From the NCBI GenBank assembly GCA_965203465.1, contig CBDBCR010000001.1, positions 832,001-896,000 on the forward strand: a stretch of DNA of 64,000 nt. Reading direction: 5' to 3'. This DNA is from Nitrosopumilaceae archaeon (GTDB taxonomy: Archaea > Thermoproteota > Nitrososphaeria > Nitrososphaerales > Nitrosopumilaceae). Shown here in pieces: positions 49,093 to 58,423 of this stretch. The notes under the pieces were generated by a model that was given only the letters and a program-made list of their open reading frames with translations, was not told the DNA's origin and did no database searches. The position numbers and the translations under genes were made by a program. The stretch's first letter is position 1, and every line of letters begins with the position of its first letter.

Positions 49093-50091
49093 TTACAGGA
49101 TGCGGCCGTCCAGCGAGGCCGAGCGGAAGAGTTTCTCGGCCTCGAGCAGGCCCGAGTACCACCCGACCGTGCGCGTCTGCGGCAGGTCCGCCGTGCGGCC
49201 CGACCGGAGGGCCGAGAGGATCTCGCGGACCCCGTCGGCCACCGACAGGCGGGCCGAAAAGCCGGCCTCTTTGGCCCTTGCAAAGCTGGCCCTGTAGGAG
49301 CGCGCGTCGGCGCCGCCGTACCACCTTCTGCGCGGCGCCACGCCGGCGGCCCGGGCCACCTCCGAGGAGAGCTGCCGGATCTGCCAGTTCTGCGAGCCCA
49401 CGTTGAACGTGCCCGACGCGTCCGAGCCCACAAAGTGCGCGTAGGCGCGCGCCGCGTCGCGCACGTGGATTAGGGGCCTCCACTGGCGCCCGTCGCGCAT
49501 GACCTGCATGCTTCCGTCCCTCCAGAGCCCGAGCGCCATGGCGTTGACGGCCAGGTCGAAGCGCATGCGCGGCGAGAGCCCGAAGACGGTGGCGAAGCGC
49601 AGCGAGACGGTCCTGAACCCGGCGGCGTCCAGCTTTTCCGCGGCCGCCTCGGCTGCCAAGTTGGCCCGGGCGTACGCGGTCAGGGGGCGGGTTCGGGAAC
49701 CCTCGTCGAGCACCCCGCCGGCCGCGCCGTACACGGAGCAGCTCGACGCGAGCACGTACCTGCCGACGCCCATCTGGCGGGCCAGCCTGGCCGTGCGCGC
49801 CCGCCCGCGGTGGTTTATCTGGTCGGTCTTTGCGGGGTCGAGCTGGCCGGCCGGATCGTTGGATATGGACGCCATGTCCACCACCGCCTGCACGCCGCGC
49901 AGCAGGCGCTTGTCGAAACTGCGCGAGTCGGCCCTGATCAGCCTCAAGCGCGGGTTCCTGGAGACCGGTGCGAGGGATCCGGCGCCGAAAAAGAACCTGT
50001 CCAGCACCCTGACCTCGTGCCCCGCGCGCAGCAGGTGACGCACCAGCACCGAGCCGACGTAGCCGGCCCCGCCGGTCACCAGTATCCTCAC
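49093..50091 (-). CDS. NAD-dependent epimerase/dehydratase (extended SDR)
   Basis: ILVTGGAGYVG, SSCSVYG, RFATVFGLSPRMRFDL; start GTG 50091. Confidence 0.93.
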   Translation of the reverse strand: MRILVTGGAGYVGSVLVRHLLRAGHEVRVLDRFFFGAGSLAPVSRNPRLRLIRADSRSFDKRLLRGVQAVVDMASISNDPAGQLDPAKTDQINHRGRARTARLARQMGVGRYVLASSCSVYGAAGGVLDEGSRTRPLTAYARANLAAEAAAEKLDAAGFRTVSLRFATVFGLSPRMRFDLAVNAMALGLWRDGSMQVMRDGRQWRPLIHVRDAARAYAHFVGSDASGTFNVGSQNWQIRQLSSEVARAAGVAPRRRWYGGADARSYRASFARAKEAGFSARLSVADGVREILSALRSGRTADLPQTRTVGWYSGLLEAEKLFRSASLDGRIL

Positions 50092-50195
50092 GGCAGGCCT
50101 CGGCCGCCTCGCGTTTTGAATGTTGGCCCGCGCCAGTTCGGTCGCCCGAAAGGCGGGGTGCCCGGGGCGGCCGCCCGTCCTGCCACAGTAGGTAT

Positions 50196-50552
50196 ATGTG
50201 GAAGTCTTTGGCGCGCCTTGCATTGGCAGACTTTGATTACGGATCGGTGCTTACGAGTTCGGCGATACTGGCTGGGCTCATCGGAATGGGGTTCGTTGCA
50301 AGCTTTAGGATAATGGACGTAGGCAAGTACATCGAAATGAAGGGACGGGTAAAGGGCCTGTACGCGCTGGGGTTTGTTGCAACGTGCTGTCCGTTCGCGG
50401 TCATTCTGACCGTCGTCTCTGACCATTACTCGCCCCTGGCCCACTTTTGGCTGTTTGTCTCAATGCTGGGCCTCATCGGCGCGTTCATGTACACCATGTG
50501 GTCTATAAGAGACGCCGAGCACAAGCCCGACAGGTGGACAAGCAAAGTCTAG
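50196..50552 (+). CDS. small three-TM membrane protein
   Basis: Three hydrophobic segments, lower GC. Confidence 0.6.
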   Translation: MWKSLARLALADFDYGSVLTSSAILAGLIGMGFVASFRIMDVGKYIEMKGRVKGLYALGFVATCCPFAVILTVVSDHYSPLAHFWLFVSMLGLIGAFMYTMWSIRDAEHKPDRWTSKV

Positions 50553-50827
50553 CAAGAGGGCCGACTGCCAGTATTCAGATTTCCCTTGTCTGCAACCACG
50601 AGGCGCATCTGCTCAAGTTCCTGCTTCACTTCCGTAAAGTTCCTTTCAAGCTCGTAAAACAGATCCACTCCGAACTTGTACTCTTTTGTGTACAGGATCT
50701 CGTCCAAGGCGCGGCGCGCTACGCCGAGGTGTCTTTTCCCGCCGTCGTTCTCCGATCTGACATCCCTCATCCGCCTGATGGTGTGTTCGATTCTTATTTT
50801 GTCGACGACTGGCACGGTCTTGCTCAT
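50549..50827 (-). CDS. hypothetical helical protein, divergent from the Ubl operon
   Basis: 92-aa protein-like ORF; AT-rich promoter at 50851-50864. Confidence 0.6.
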   Translation of the reverse strand: MSKTVPVVDKIRIEHTIRRMRDVRSENDGGKRHLGVARRALDEILYTKEYKFGVDLFYELERNFTEVKQELEQMRLVVADKGNLNTGSRPSC

Positions 50828-50945
50828 ACGTGCCTGATCTGGGAAGCCTCATAAATAAGTATATGGCGATCAGACCGGGTTCTGGCCGGGGCACGGCGTG
50901 CCTGCCTCGAAAGGAATTATAGCCCGGTGCGCGTGATCGGGAAAC

Positions 50946-51242
50946 ATGGAGGACACGGGCGTTGCGGCCGGTTCTGGCACGGCGGAAAGCGGCCCTGCGG
51001 TGCCGTCTGCCGGAATAGACGTCAAGATTGGCGGCAGAAAAATCCACATCGGCGGGGCGGATCTGGGGCGCGTCACCGTCGATCTTTTGCTGAAGGAGGG
51101 CGGCTACGGGGAAGGCGAGATCAACGACTACGATCTTTTTGTGGCCGGCCAAGACGAGCCGCTGGACAGGGACGCCCCGGTCCGGATCACGGAAGGCATA
51201 CAGCTTCGCCCGATAAGGCGATCGAACCCGTACGGCCGATGA
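50946..51242 (+). CDS. ubiquitin-like (beta-grasp) protein
   Basis: Beta-grasp pattern IDVKIGGRKIHI...VTVDLLLKEGG...YDLF...EPLDRDAPVRITEGIQL, tail ending NPYG-R; context with E2 and E1. Confidence 0.75.
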   Translation: MEDTGVAAGSGTAESGPAVPSAGIDVKIGGRKIHIGGADLGRVTVDLLLKEGGYGEGEINDYDLFVAGQDEPLDRDAPVRITEGIQLRPIRRSNPYGR

Positions 51243-51628
51243 ACCCCGACAAACTGCGCTCCGACGCGTCCCGCTTCGCAGGTGCCCGCGGCCTTGCGCT
51301 CGGGTTCGAGGAAAAAGACGGCCTAGTGTATGTGACGTTCGACCGCTACCCGATACCGTCGCCCGCGTACGACCGGGATCGAACGCGGCTGATGATATTC
51401 AACACGGTCGAATACCCAAAGACCGCGTTCGACATGTTCTTCACGGATCCGAGCGTGAGGCTTGCCAGCGGCCGGATGCCGGAAGGCACGTCGATCGCAA
51501 ACCACCTCGGCAGGGAATGGCTGCAGTGGAGCATCCACCCGTACAACGACGGCAGGTGGGATCCAGGCAGGGACGACTTGGACGGATTCATGGACTACGT
51601 AGAGCGCAGGTTCAAGAACGGTGATTGA
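51239..51628 (+). CDS. prokaryotic E2/UBC-fold protein (Prok-E2_E-like)
   Basis: YPIPSPAY, EYPKTAFDMFFTDP, GREWLQWSIH...WDPGRDDL; ATG overlaps the Ubl stop (ATGA). Confidence 0.85.
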   Translation: MNPDKLRSDASRFAGARGLALGFEEKDGLVYVTFDRYPIPSPAYDRDRTRLMIFNTVEYPKTAFDMFFTDPSVRLASGRMPEGTSIANHLGREWLQWSIHPYNDGRWDPGRDDLDGFMDYVERRFKNGD

Positions 51629-52995
51629 CGGTGGAAAGCAAGTCTTCAGATCCGGGCGTGACGGCGGATAGGCGCCAAAAGAGCGCCGGCTCGGGGCCGC
51701 GATGGACTGTGTCGTTCCCGGCGGGACTGTACCGCAGGCTCACGAGTTTTCTAGAGAGCGCCGAACCTCTCGAAAACGGGTGCTATCTGACTGCCGACTG
51801 GCACGCGGCGGGGCGGGTGCGGCGCATGCTTGTCAGGTCGGCAGTACTGCCGAACGAGCGCTCGTGGAACGCCCAAGGGAAGGGGAGCCTGAACCCGTCG
51901 TCGCAGTACCTCAACCGCGCGGTAGGCGAGGCTGAACGGGCAGGATCGTCCCTGCTGTTCGTCCACACCCACCCGTCTTCCGACCACCCTCCCGCCTTCA
52001 GCAGCATAGACGAGGCGACCAACGAAGTGTTTTTCCGAGACATGTCGTCCCTGCTGCACGGCCGCCCGGTAGGCAGCGCGGTCTTGAGCAGGGCCGGCAT
52101 GCACGCGGTCGTGCACCACGAAGGGAGGGCGCATCCGGCGCACCGGATAGAGGCGGTGGGCAGCACGCTGGAGCGCGCCGATCGAGCGCGGGACGGCGCC
52201 GCCAGACATTCGCCCGCGCACGTAAGGCAGGCGGCGATGCTGGGTCCGGTACACGAGCGCATCTGCGGCCTTGACGTGTGCATCGTGGGGGCCGGAGGTG
52301 TAGGATCCTGCGTCGCGGCGCAGGTCGCGAGGCTGGGTGCGGGCCGCATCAGGCTGGTCGATCCAGATGTGCTTGAGGAAAGCAACGTCTCGCGGGTGTA
52401 CGGATCGAGGCCCGAGCAGGTCGGAAGTCACAAGGCGGATGTGGTGGCCGAATACATGCGGTCGTTTTCGAGCTCGGAGGTGCGTGCCGTGCGCGGCGAC
52501 ATCTGCGACGATGAGCACCTTGCATGCGCCCTTGAGGCGGATGTCGTCGTGTGCTGCACGGACAACATGAGGAGCCGGGACAAGCTGAACGAGGCGTCTC
52601 TTCGCTACTACCGGCCCCTGATCGACGTGGGCTGCAACGTGGTGACGGAGAACAGGCTAGAGTCCACCGCGTACGCGCAGTCGGTCACGCCGGAGACTGC
52701 ATGCCTGTGGTGCACGGGGCAGATGGACGGCAAGAGGCTTGGAGACGAGCTTCTTACCGGGGAGCAGAGGCTGGCAAAGGCCAGGCTCGGCTACTACGAG
52801 CCGCACCAGCCTTCGACCGTCGCGCTCACCACTTGGGCCGCCTGCCTGGGCGTGGACAAGCTCTTTTCGCTGCTGGGTCTCTACGGCAGAGGGCGCAGTT
52901 CCGTCTCGTACGTGGACATTACGGGGGAATTCTGCCAGCACCGCACCCCGCCCGTCAAAAAAGGGTGCGTCTGCGCAGAGTTCAGGTTCGACTAG
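51625..52995 (+). CDS. JAB/MPN metallopeptidase fused to ThiF/E1 adenylation domain
   Basis: ENGC...HTHP...FSSID JAMM motif; IVGAGGVGS, DPDVLEESNVSR, CTD, CLWC and C-terminal CVC. Confidence 0.92.
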   Translation: MTVESKSSDPGVTADRRQKSAGSGPRWTVSFPAGLYRRLTSFLESAEPLENGCYLTADWHAAGRVRRMLVRSAVLPNERSWNAQGKGSLNPSSQYLNRAVGEAERAGSSLLFVHTHPSSDHPPAFSSIDEATNEVFFRDMSSLLHGRPVGSAVLSRAGMHAVVHHEGRAHPAHRIEAVGSTLERADRARDGAARHSPAHVRQAAMLGPVHERICGLDVCIVGAGGVGSCVAAQVARLGAGRIRLVDPDVLEESNVSRVYGSRPEQVGSHKADVVAEYMRSFSSSEVRAVRGDICDDEHLACALEADVVVCCTDNMRSRDKLNEASLRYYRPLIDVGCNVVTENRLESTAYAQSVTPETACLWCTGQMDGKRLGDELLTGEQRLAKARLGYYEPHQPSTVALTTWAACLGVDKLFSLLGLYGRGRSSVSYVDITGEFCQHRTPPVKKGCVCAEFRFD

Positions 52996-53414
52996 CGTCT
53001 GCATGGCATCTGGATCAGCGAGTACTTTGCGTCCGCTAGGATCTCCTACCCGGGCCAACCCGGGACGGGCCGGATCTTCCCCTCGATCTCGGGCACGAGA
53101 TTGCGCGCTGCGGGATGCGGGCGGCTGCGGCAAAAGGCCAGAGCCGGGCCTGCAAACACAAATTACGCGCCGCCGGGCCCGCGCGATTCCCCCGGCGCGC
53201 CAGTCTTGCCCGGCCGGCAAAAACGGGCACGCGCAAAAATAATCCCCGGCACGGTTACCAGCAAACTGGGAGTTGAGTCGCTTCAGGCACATTTTTCCCG
53301 CAAGGAGCATATGCGCGGGCAGGGACCGACCTAGTGCGCGCGCCCGTCTTGAGCGGATTGGCCTCAGCGGCCCCTGTCCGCAAATACAAATATGCCCGCC
53401 GGCCGGGCGCGTCC

Positions 53415-54359
53415 GTGGCGTCCGGACCTGCGGTACTCGTGACCGGCGGGGCGGGGTACCTGGGCTCGGTGCTGGTGCCGTCGCTCCTTGCCGGGGGCTG
53501 CCGCGTCCGCGTGCTGGACAACTTCAGGTACAGGCAGGCCAGCCTGCTAGACTGCTGCCACGATCCGAACCTGGAGATAGTGCGGGGCGACGTGCGCGAC
53601 TCCGAGGCGCTGTCCTCTTCGCTCGAAGGCGTGCGGTACGTGGTGCATCTGGCCGCGCTGGTCGGCGCGCCCGTCTGCGATTCCGATCCGAGCGCGGCGG
53701 CCTCGACGAACCTGGAGGCCACGCGCCTGCTGCTCTCGCTGCGCTCGGAGGATCAGCGCGTGCTGTTCCCGTGCACCAACAGCGGCTACGGGGTGGGGGA
53801 GAAGAGCATCGAATGCACCGAAGAGACGCCCCTGCGCCCCATATCGCTGTACGGCCGCACGAAGGTGGAGGCCGAAAAGGCCGTGCTCGAGGCGGGCTCC
53901 TCGATAAGCCTCCGGCTGGCCACCGTCTTCGGGGTCTCGCCGCGCATGCGCCTGGATCTGCTGGTCAACGACTTCGTGCACCGGGCCGTGCGCGACGGCT
54001 TCGTGGTGGTCTTCGAGGGGCACTTCAAGCGCAACTACATCCACGTGCGGGACGTGGCGCGCGCGTTCATCCACTGCATGGACAACTTCGAGGCCATGGC
54101 CGGGCGCCCCTACAACGTGGGGCTGAGCGACGCAAACCTCTCGAAGCTGGAGCTGTGCGCGGCCATACGGGAGCGCGTGCCCGGATTCGTGTTTTTGGAA
54201 TCGCAGATAGGCGAGGATCCCGACAAGCGCGACTACATCGTCTCCAACAGGAGGATCGAGGAATCCGGCTTCGCGCCCCAATTCTCGATACAGGACGGCA
54301 TAGACGAGCTTGCCAAGGCCTACAGGGTGCTGCCCCGCCCGGCGTTCGGCAACGCCTGA
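53415..54359 (+). CDS. NAD-dependent epimerase/dehydratase (extended SDR)
   Basis: VLVTGGAGYLG, YGRTK, RLATVFGVSPRMRLDLLVNDF; start GTG 53415. Confidence 0.93.
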   Translation: MASGPAVLVTGGAGYLGSVLVPSLLAGGCRVRVLDNFRYRQASLLDCCHDPNLEIVRGDVRDSEALSSSLEGVRYVVHLAALVGAPVCDSDPSAAASTNLEATRLLLSLRSEDQRVLFPCTNSGYGVGEKSIECTEETPLRPISLYGRTKVEAEKAVLEAGSSISLRLATVFGVSPRMRLDLLVNDFVHRAVRDGFVVVFEGHFKRNYIHVRDVARAFIHCMDNFEAMAGRPYNVGLSDANLSKLELCAAIRERVPGFVFLESQIGEDPDKRDYIVSNRRIEESGFAPQFSIQDGIDELAKAYRVLPRPAFGNA

Positions 54360-54394
54360 CTTAGGGTTATATTGATTCGCCCCGGGGCGCTCGC

Positions 54395-55334
54395 GTGCCG
54401 AAAATAGTGCTCACCGGGGCCACGGGGTTCCTCGGCTCGCACACCATGCCGGTTCTGCGCGCAAGGTACGGCCCCGAGAACGTCCGGGGGGTATCGTCGA
54501 AGGACTACGACCTGACCGCGCCCGGCGATGTGCGCAGGATGTTCGACGAGCTGGAGCCGGACGTGCTGGTGCACTTTGCCGCGTACGTGGGCGGCATTGG
54601 GGCCAACTCGGCCCTTCCGGCGGACTTTTTCTACGTCAACAACCTGATCACGAGCCTGGCCTTCGAGTACGCGGCGCGCAAAAAGATCCGCAAGATGGTA
54701 TACCCGATAGGGGGGTGCTGCTACCCGCACGACGCGCCCTCGCCCATATCCGAATCGCAGATGTGGAACGGCTACCCGCAGGCCGAAAGCGCGGGGTACG
54801 CCATGGCCAAGAAGGTGGGCGTGGTGGCTAGCAGGTCGTACCGCGAGCAGCACGGCCTCGAGTCGGCGATCATCGTGCCCGGCAACATGTACGGCGAGCA
54901 CGACAACTACAGCCTGTCCGATTCCCCACGTCATACCGGCGACGATCCGCAAGATGTACGAGGCAAAGCGCGACGGGCTGCCGCGCGTGTCCATGTGGGG
55001 CTCGGGCGCCGCGCAGAGGGACTTCGTGTACGCCGGCGACGTGGCGGCCACCGTGCCGTTCTTCATCGACTCTTACAGCTCGGACGGGTACGTCAACGTA
55101 TCGACGGGCACCACCACGTCGATACGCGAGCTGGCAGAGACGGTCCGCGAGCTGGTCGGCTACGAGGGGGAGATAGCCTGGGACACCTCGAAGCCGGACG
55201 GGCAGATGGTCAAGATATTCGACACCGCGCGGATGAGGGAGGCGGGCATAGGCTGCCCCACCCCGCTGCGCGAGGGGCTGCGCCGCACCGTCGAGTGGTT
55301 CTCGGCAAACTACGGCTCCGGGGTCCGGCTGTAG
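54395..55334 (+). pseudogene. fcl: GDP-L-fucose synthase, frameshifted at 54924-54927
   Basis: AAYVGGIGAN, YAMAK, PGNMYGEHDNY; removing one C restores DSHVIPA...WGSGAAQRDFVY...WDTSKPDGQ. Confidence 0.85.
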
Positions 55335-55354
55335 GGCCGGCCGAGCCCGCGAAG

Positions 55355-55432
55355 GACGGAACCGGATTCGCCCGTCTTGGCCGATCCGCGGCCGGAAATC
55401 ATCCGCCCGCCGGCGGGACTTTCGGGTCGACT
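55355..55432 (+). repeat. dispersed degenerate repeat, copy A
   Basis: AACCGGATTCGCC..TTGGCCGAT..CGGAAATCATCCGCC..CTTTCGGG, shared with 56990-57122 and 59617-59752. Confidence 0.7.
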
Positions 55433-55476
55433 GTGAACGACGTTTGAGATTTATGCCCCCGTTCGACGGGCAGGCC

Positions 55477-55860
55477 ATGCAGAATGACGAGCCCCCCGAG
55501 TTTGCCAACACGGTGGAGAGCGCCATCAACACCCCGTGGGAGGTAAGCGACAGGAAGGCCAGATCCGCCGAATACTTTGAGGCCTGGAAAAAAGTCGCGG
55601 AGCGAAAGGCGCACTTGATATTCGCCTCTATTCCGCTTTGCGGTCCGACCATACCCGACGAGCTCAGAAAGGAGGCTTCGGATGAGGTACTCAGGGTCAC
55701 TTGGCAGCACGCCTGCAAGTACATGACCGACGAGGAAAAGCTCGCGGCCTGCCGCGTCAAGCGCAAAGAGATCGACGAGTACGCGTGGCCGCTTGCCCAA
55801 AAGGCGGCCGCGGAGCAGTGGAGACGGGTGCTGGACGCCTCTAAACGAAGGGCGCCGTGA
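55477..55860 (+). CDS. hypothetical protein
   Basis: Protein-like helical ORF; start uncertain. Confidence 0.6.
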   Translation: MQNDEPPEFANTVESAINTPWEVSDRKARSAEYFEAWKKVAERKAHLIFASIPLCGPTIPDELRKEASDEVLRVTWQHACKYMTDEEKLAACRVKRKEIDEYAWPLAQKAAAEQWRRVLDASKRRAP

Positions 55861-56019
55861 CCGCGCCGGCCCGAAGCGCCGCGCGCGCAGACGAAGGCGA
55901 GCGGCCCGGATCAGTCGCGTACAACGTCTGGAATTTGCGCGACGGGCCGCATCGCCGCCAAAGCCCGCCGCTCTCCGGCCCGGACGCGTTTTTTCACCCG
56001 CGCCAAGCGTTAGTCTCGG

Positions 56020-56487
56020 TCACGGCAGTACGTCCACAAAGCCGAGGTAGTCTTTCGCCTCAAACTGCTCCGATTTGACGTAGCTGAAACCAAGACGGGA
56101 GCCCGGAACGCCGTCTTCGACTGCGCCAAAGCAGATCCTCGACGCTTCGAACGCTTCGCCGTGTGTCTCGTATTCGTGCACTACGATCACATGGACGGCA
56201 CCCTCGCCTTCCGGACGCGCCATGACCCTGCTTATCCGTTCCGGAAAGTTCAGGCCCGAGACGAAACTTCGGATTTGTGTAATTTCCTCCGACGCGCCGG
56301 CCGACCCGTCCATGAATGAGCGCTGCGTTTTAACCCACGCGTCGAATCCTTTTTTCAGGAGTTTGTCGTTTTGGTCGGCGATCTGCGCCATGGTCGCGTC
56401 TGACAGGTACAGGTATTCCTTGGCCGCCTCGGTATCTTTTGCTGCCTGACGGCGCTTCAAATTCAGACCCGGAGAACCGCGTTCCAT
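56020..56487 (-). CDS. hypothetical protein
   Basis: 155-aa protein-like ORF, lower GC. Confidence 0.65.
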   Translation of the reverse strand: MERGSPGLNLKRRQAAKDTEAAKEYLYLSDATMAQIADQNDKLLKKGFDAWVKTQRSFMDGSAGASEEITQIRSFVSGLNFPERISRVMARPEGEGAVHVIVVHEYETHGEAFEASRICFGAVEDGVPGSRLGFSYVKSEQFEAKDYLGFVDVLP

Positions 56488-56989
56488 TCACGCCACCGCG
56501 CCGCGACCCGGAAGGCTCGCGTCTGCAATCCTGCCCCTTGGCTCGCTCACGTGATCCGGTGCAGGCTTTCTTGTAATAAACATAACTTGGCGGATTCTTC
56601 CCAATTTCGGCGATCTGGGCCCGACCGTACGCCAAGCGTGGGGTTTGGGCGATCGGGTTCTGCGGCGGTTTAGGCGTAGCCTCGTCCCGCAGAAAACGGC
56701 AGACGGGGGATCAAGACAGATTTCCGCAGAAAACCGGCACGGCATCCGGGGCATGCCCGATATCATCGGAGGCCACCATCGCGCCGGGCCGTCTTTGCCA
56801 AGTCCGCAAGGGCGGCTCCCCTCCACTAAGGCGGGGTACACCGGGCGGGCGCTCGTGAAAAACGCCGCGGCCTCCAGGGACGGGATCGGCAGGCTCCGCG
56901 GCCGGCATATCGGACTGGCCAGCCCGGGACGGGCCGGGACGCTGCGCGCTGCGGCGGCTCGGTTCATGCCTGCGCCCCCGTCCGGACGG

Positions 56990-57122
56990 CGGCGCGCGCG
57001 CCGGCCTGCCCGGGCCGCGCCCGGAACGGAACCGGGCGAGCCCGCCTTTCGGATTCCGCCGTTTTGGTCGATTCGCGATCGGGGATTGTCCGCCCGCCGG
57101 AAAAACTTTCGGGCCAACCGGT
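56990..57122 (+). repeat. dispersed degenerate repeat, copy B
   Basis: GCCTGCCCGGGCCGCGCCC..AACCGG..CGCCGTTTTGGTCGAT..CGATCGG..TCCGCCCGCCGG..CTTTCGGGCCAACCG. Confidence 0.7.
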
Positions 57123-57127
57123 CAGCA

Positions 57128-58220
57128 TGTGTTGTCCGAAAAAGAGTATCGCCCCTTGAGTAGGCGTGGAGGGGCAGGTAAGAGTGCGGAATGCACGGCG
57201 CGGGCCGCGTGGAGTGGAAATGGAGGTGGGTGGGTCGCCGGGCGCCCGGGCCGACAGGAATACATTGGGGGGCTCCGGGCGGGGGCACTTGAAACTGAGC
57301 CAGTCGCAGGTGCAATGGATAGTCCGCGAAAAGGCGAGGGGGGAAATGACCAACTCGGAGATAGGCAGGCTCGTGGGGGTCTCTGCAGTGTGGGTCAGAA
57401 AGCTGTATGCCCGGTACCGGCACCAAAAGCCCAGCAGGATCTCTTATCCTGCGCCTTTGGGCAGGCCGGCCGGCAGCCTGCCCGGGCGCAGGGAGCACTC
57501 GGCCGTGCTGACTTCGAGGTACGCCGCGGAGAACGGGGCGGTGCGCCTGGTAGATTACATAGAAGAGAGCACCGGATTACATATACCGCACAACGCCATA
57601 CACAGGATCTTGCGGGACGAGGAACTGGCCGATCGGCAGCACAGGAAGAGCGGGCAGCGCAAGTGGGTCAGGTACGAGCGCAAGTACTCCAACTCCATGT
57701 GGCACACCGACTACAAGCAGCTGGACGACGGTATGTGGTTCATCGCGTACCAGGACGACGCGTCGCGCTTCATAGTGGGGTACGGCGTGTTCAAAGAGGC
57801 GACCGGAAAACACGCCGTCGAAGTCCTAAAAGAGGCCATTTCCAGGCACGGAAAGCCGGCTTCGGTGCTCACCGACCACGGATCCCAGTTTTACGCCAAC
57901 GAAAAAGAGTCGGCCGCCCGGGGCGAGGCGATGTTCGAAAAGGAACTGGCCGCGCTCGGCGTGAGGCACATACTCGCTAGGGTCAACCACCCGCAGACCA
58001 ACGGCAAGCTGGAAAGGTTCCACGGCGAGCTGCAGCGCAGGCTGCCCAACTTCATCGGCGCCTCTGCCGACAGGACCACCCGCGCGACGGGGTCCGGGGG
58101 CCACGTGGGCAGCCCGTTCTATTCGGCCGGGCCCACCGACCCGGTGGCCCGGTTCGTGCGCTGGTACAACCACGACCGCGCGCACATGTCGCTTAACAAG
58201 GGCGAGACGCCGGCGCGGGC
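57128..58220 (+). mobile_element. IS481-family insertion sequence, 3'-truncated (transposase from TTG 57289)
   Basis: HTH plus DDE core WHTDYK, DDASRF, TDHGSQF, HPQTNGKLERFH, WYNHDRAH; TGT-starting left end; no matching right end seen. Confidence 0.88.
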
Positions 58221-58310
58221 GTGTTTACGGTCACCGCGTTCTTGTGGAAGAGCATGGACAACCCTGTCCCCCTCTGCGGGCCGGTCTCGAAAGAGGTCAA
58301 CGTGGTATGA
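58221..58310 (+). pseudogene. 3' remnant of a thaumarchaeal surface-protein Ig-like domain
   Basis: VFTVTAFLWKSMDNPVPLCGPVSKEVNVV* directly abuts the truncated transposase in another frame. Confidence 0.55.
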
Positions 58311-58423
58311 CGTGCGAGCGGGCGCGGACTTGGTCGCGTCGGCCGGTGCCGGCTGGGCTGGGATTTTGCACGTGTGCGAAATTCCCGCTCCAACTCTACA
58401 AGCGCCCTACACAATTTACAGCC

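Noticed and set aside
51625-52995. Interpretation as a simple ThiF/MoeB sulfur-transfer gene
   Set aside because: Coupled to an E2-fold gene, the Ubl lacks terminal GG, and no thiamine, molybdopterin or cysteine synthesis genes are adjacent
56020-56487. Possible minimal nucleotidyltransferase antitoxin
   Set aside because: No GS...DxD motif; the resemblance is too weak to call
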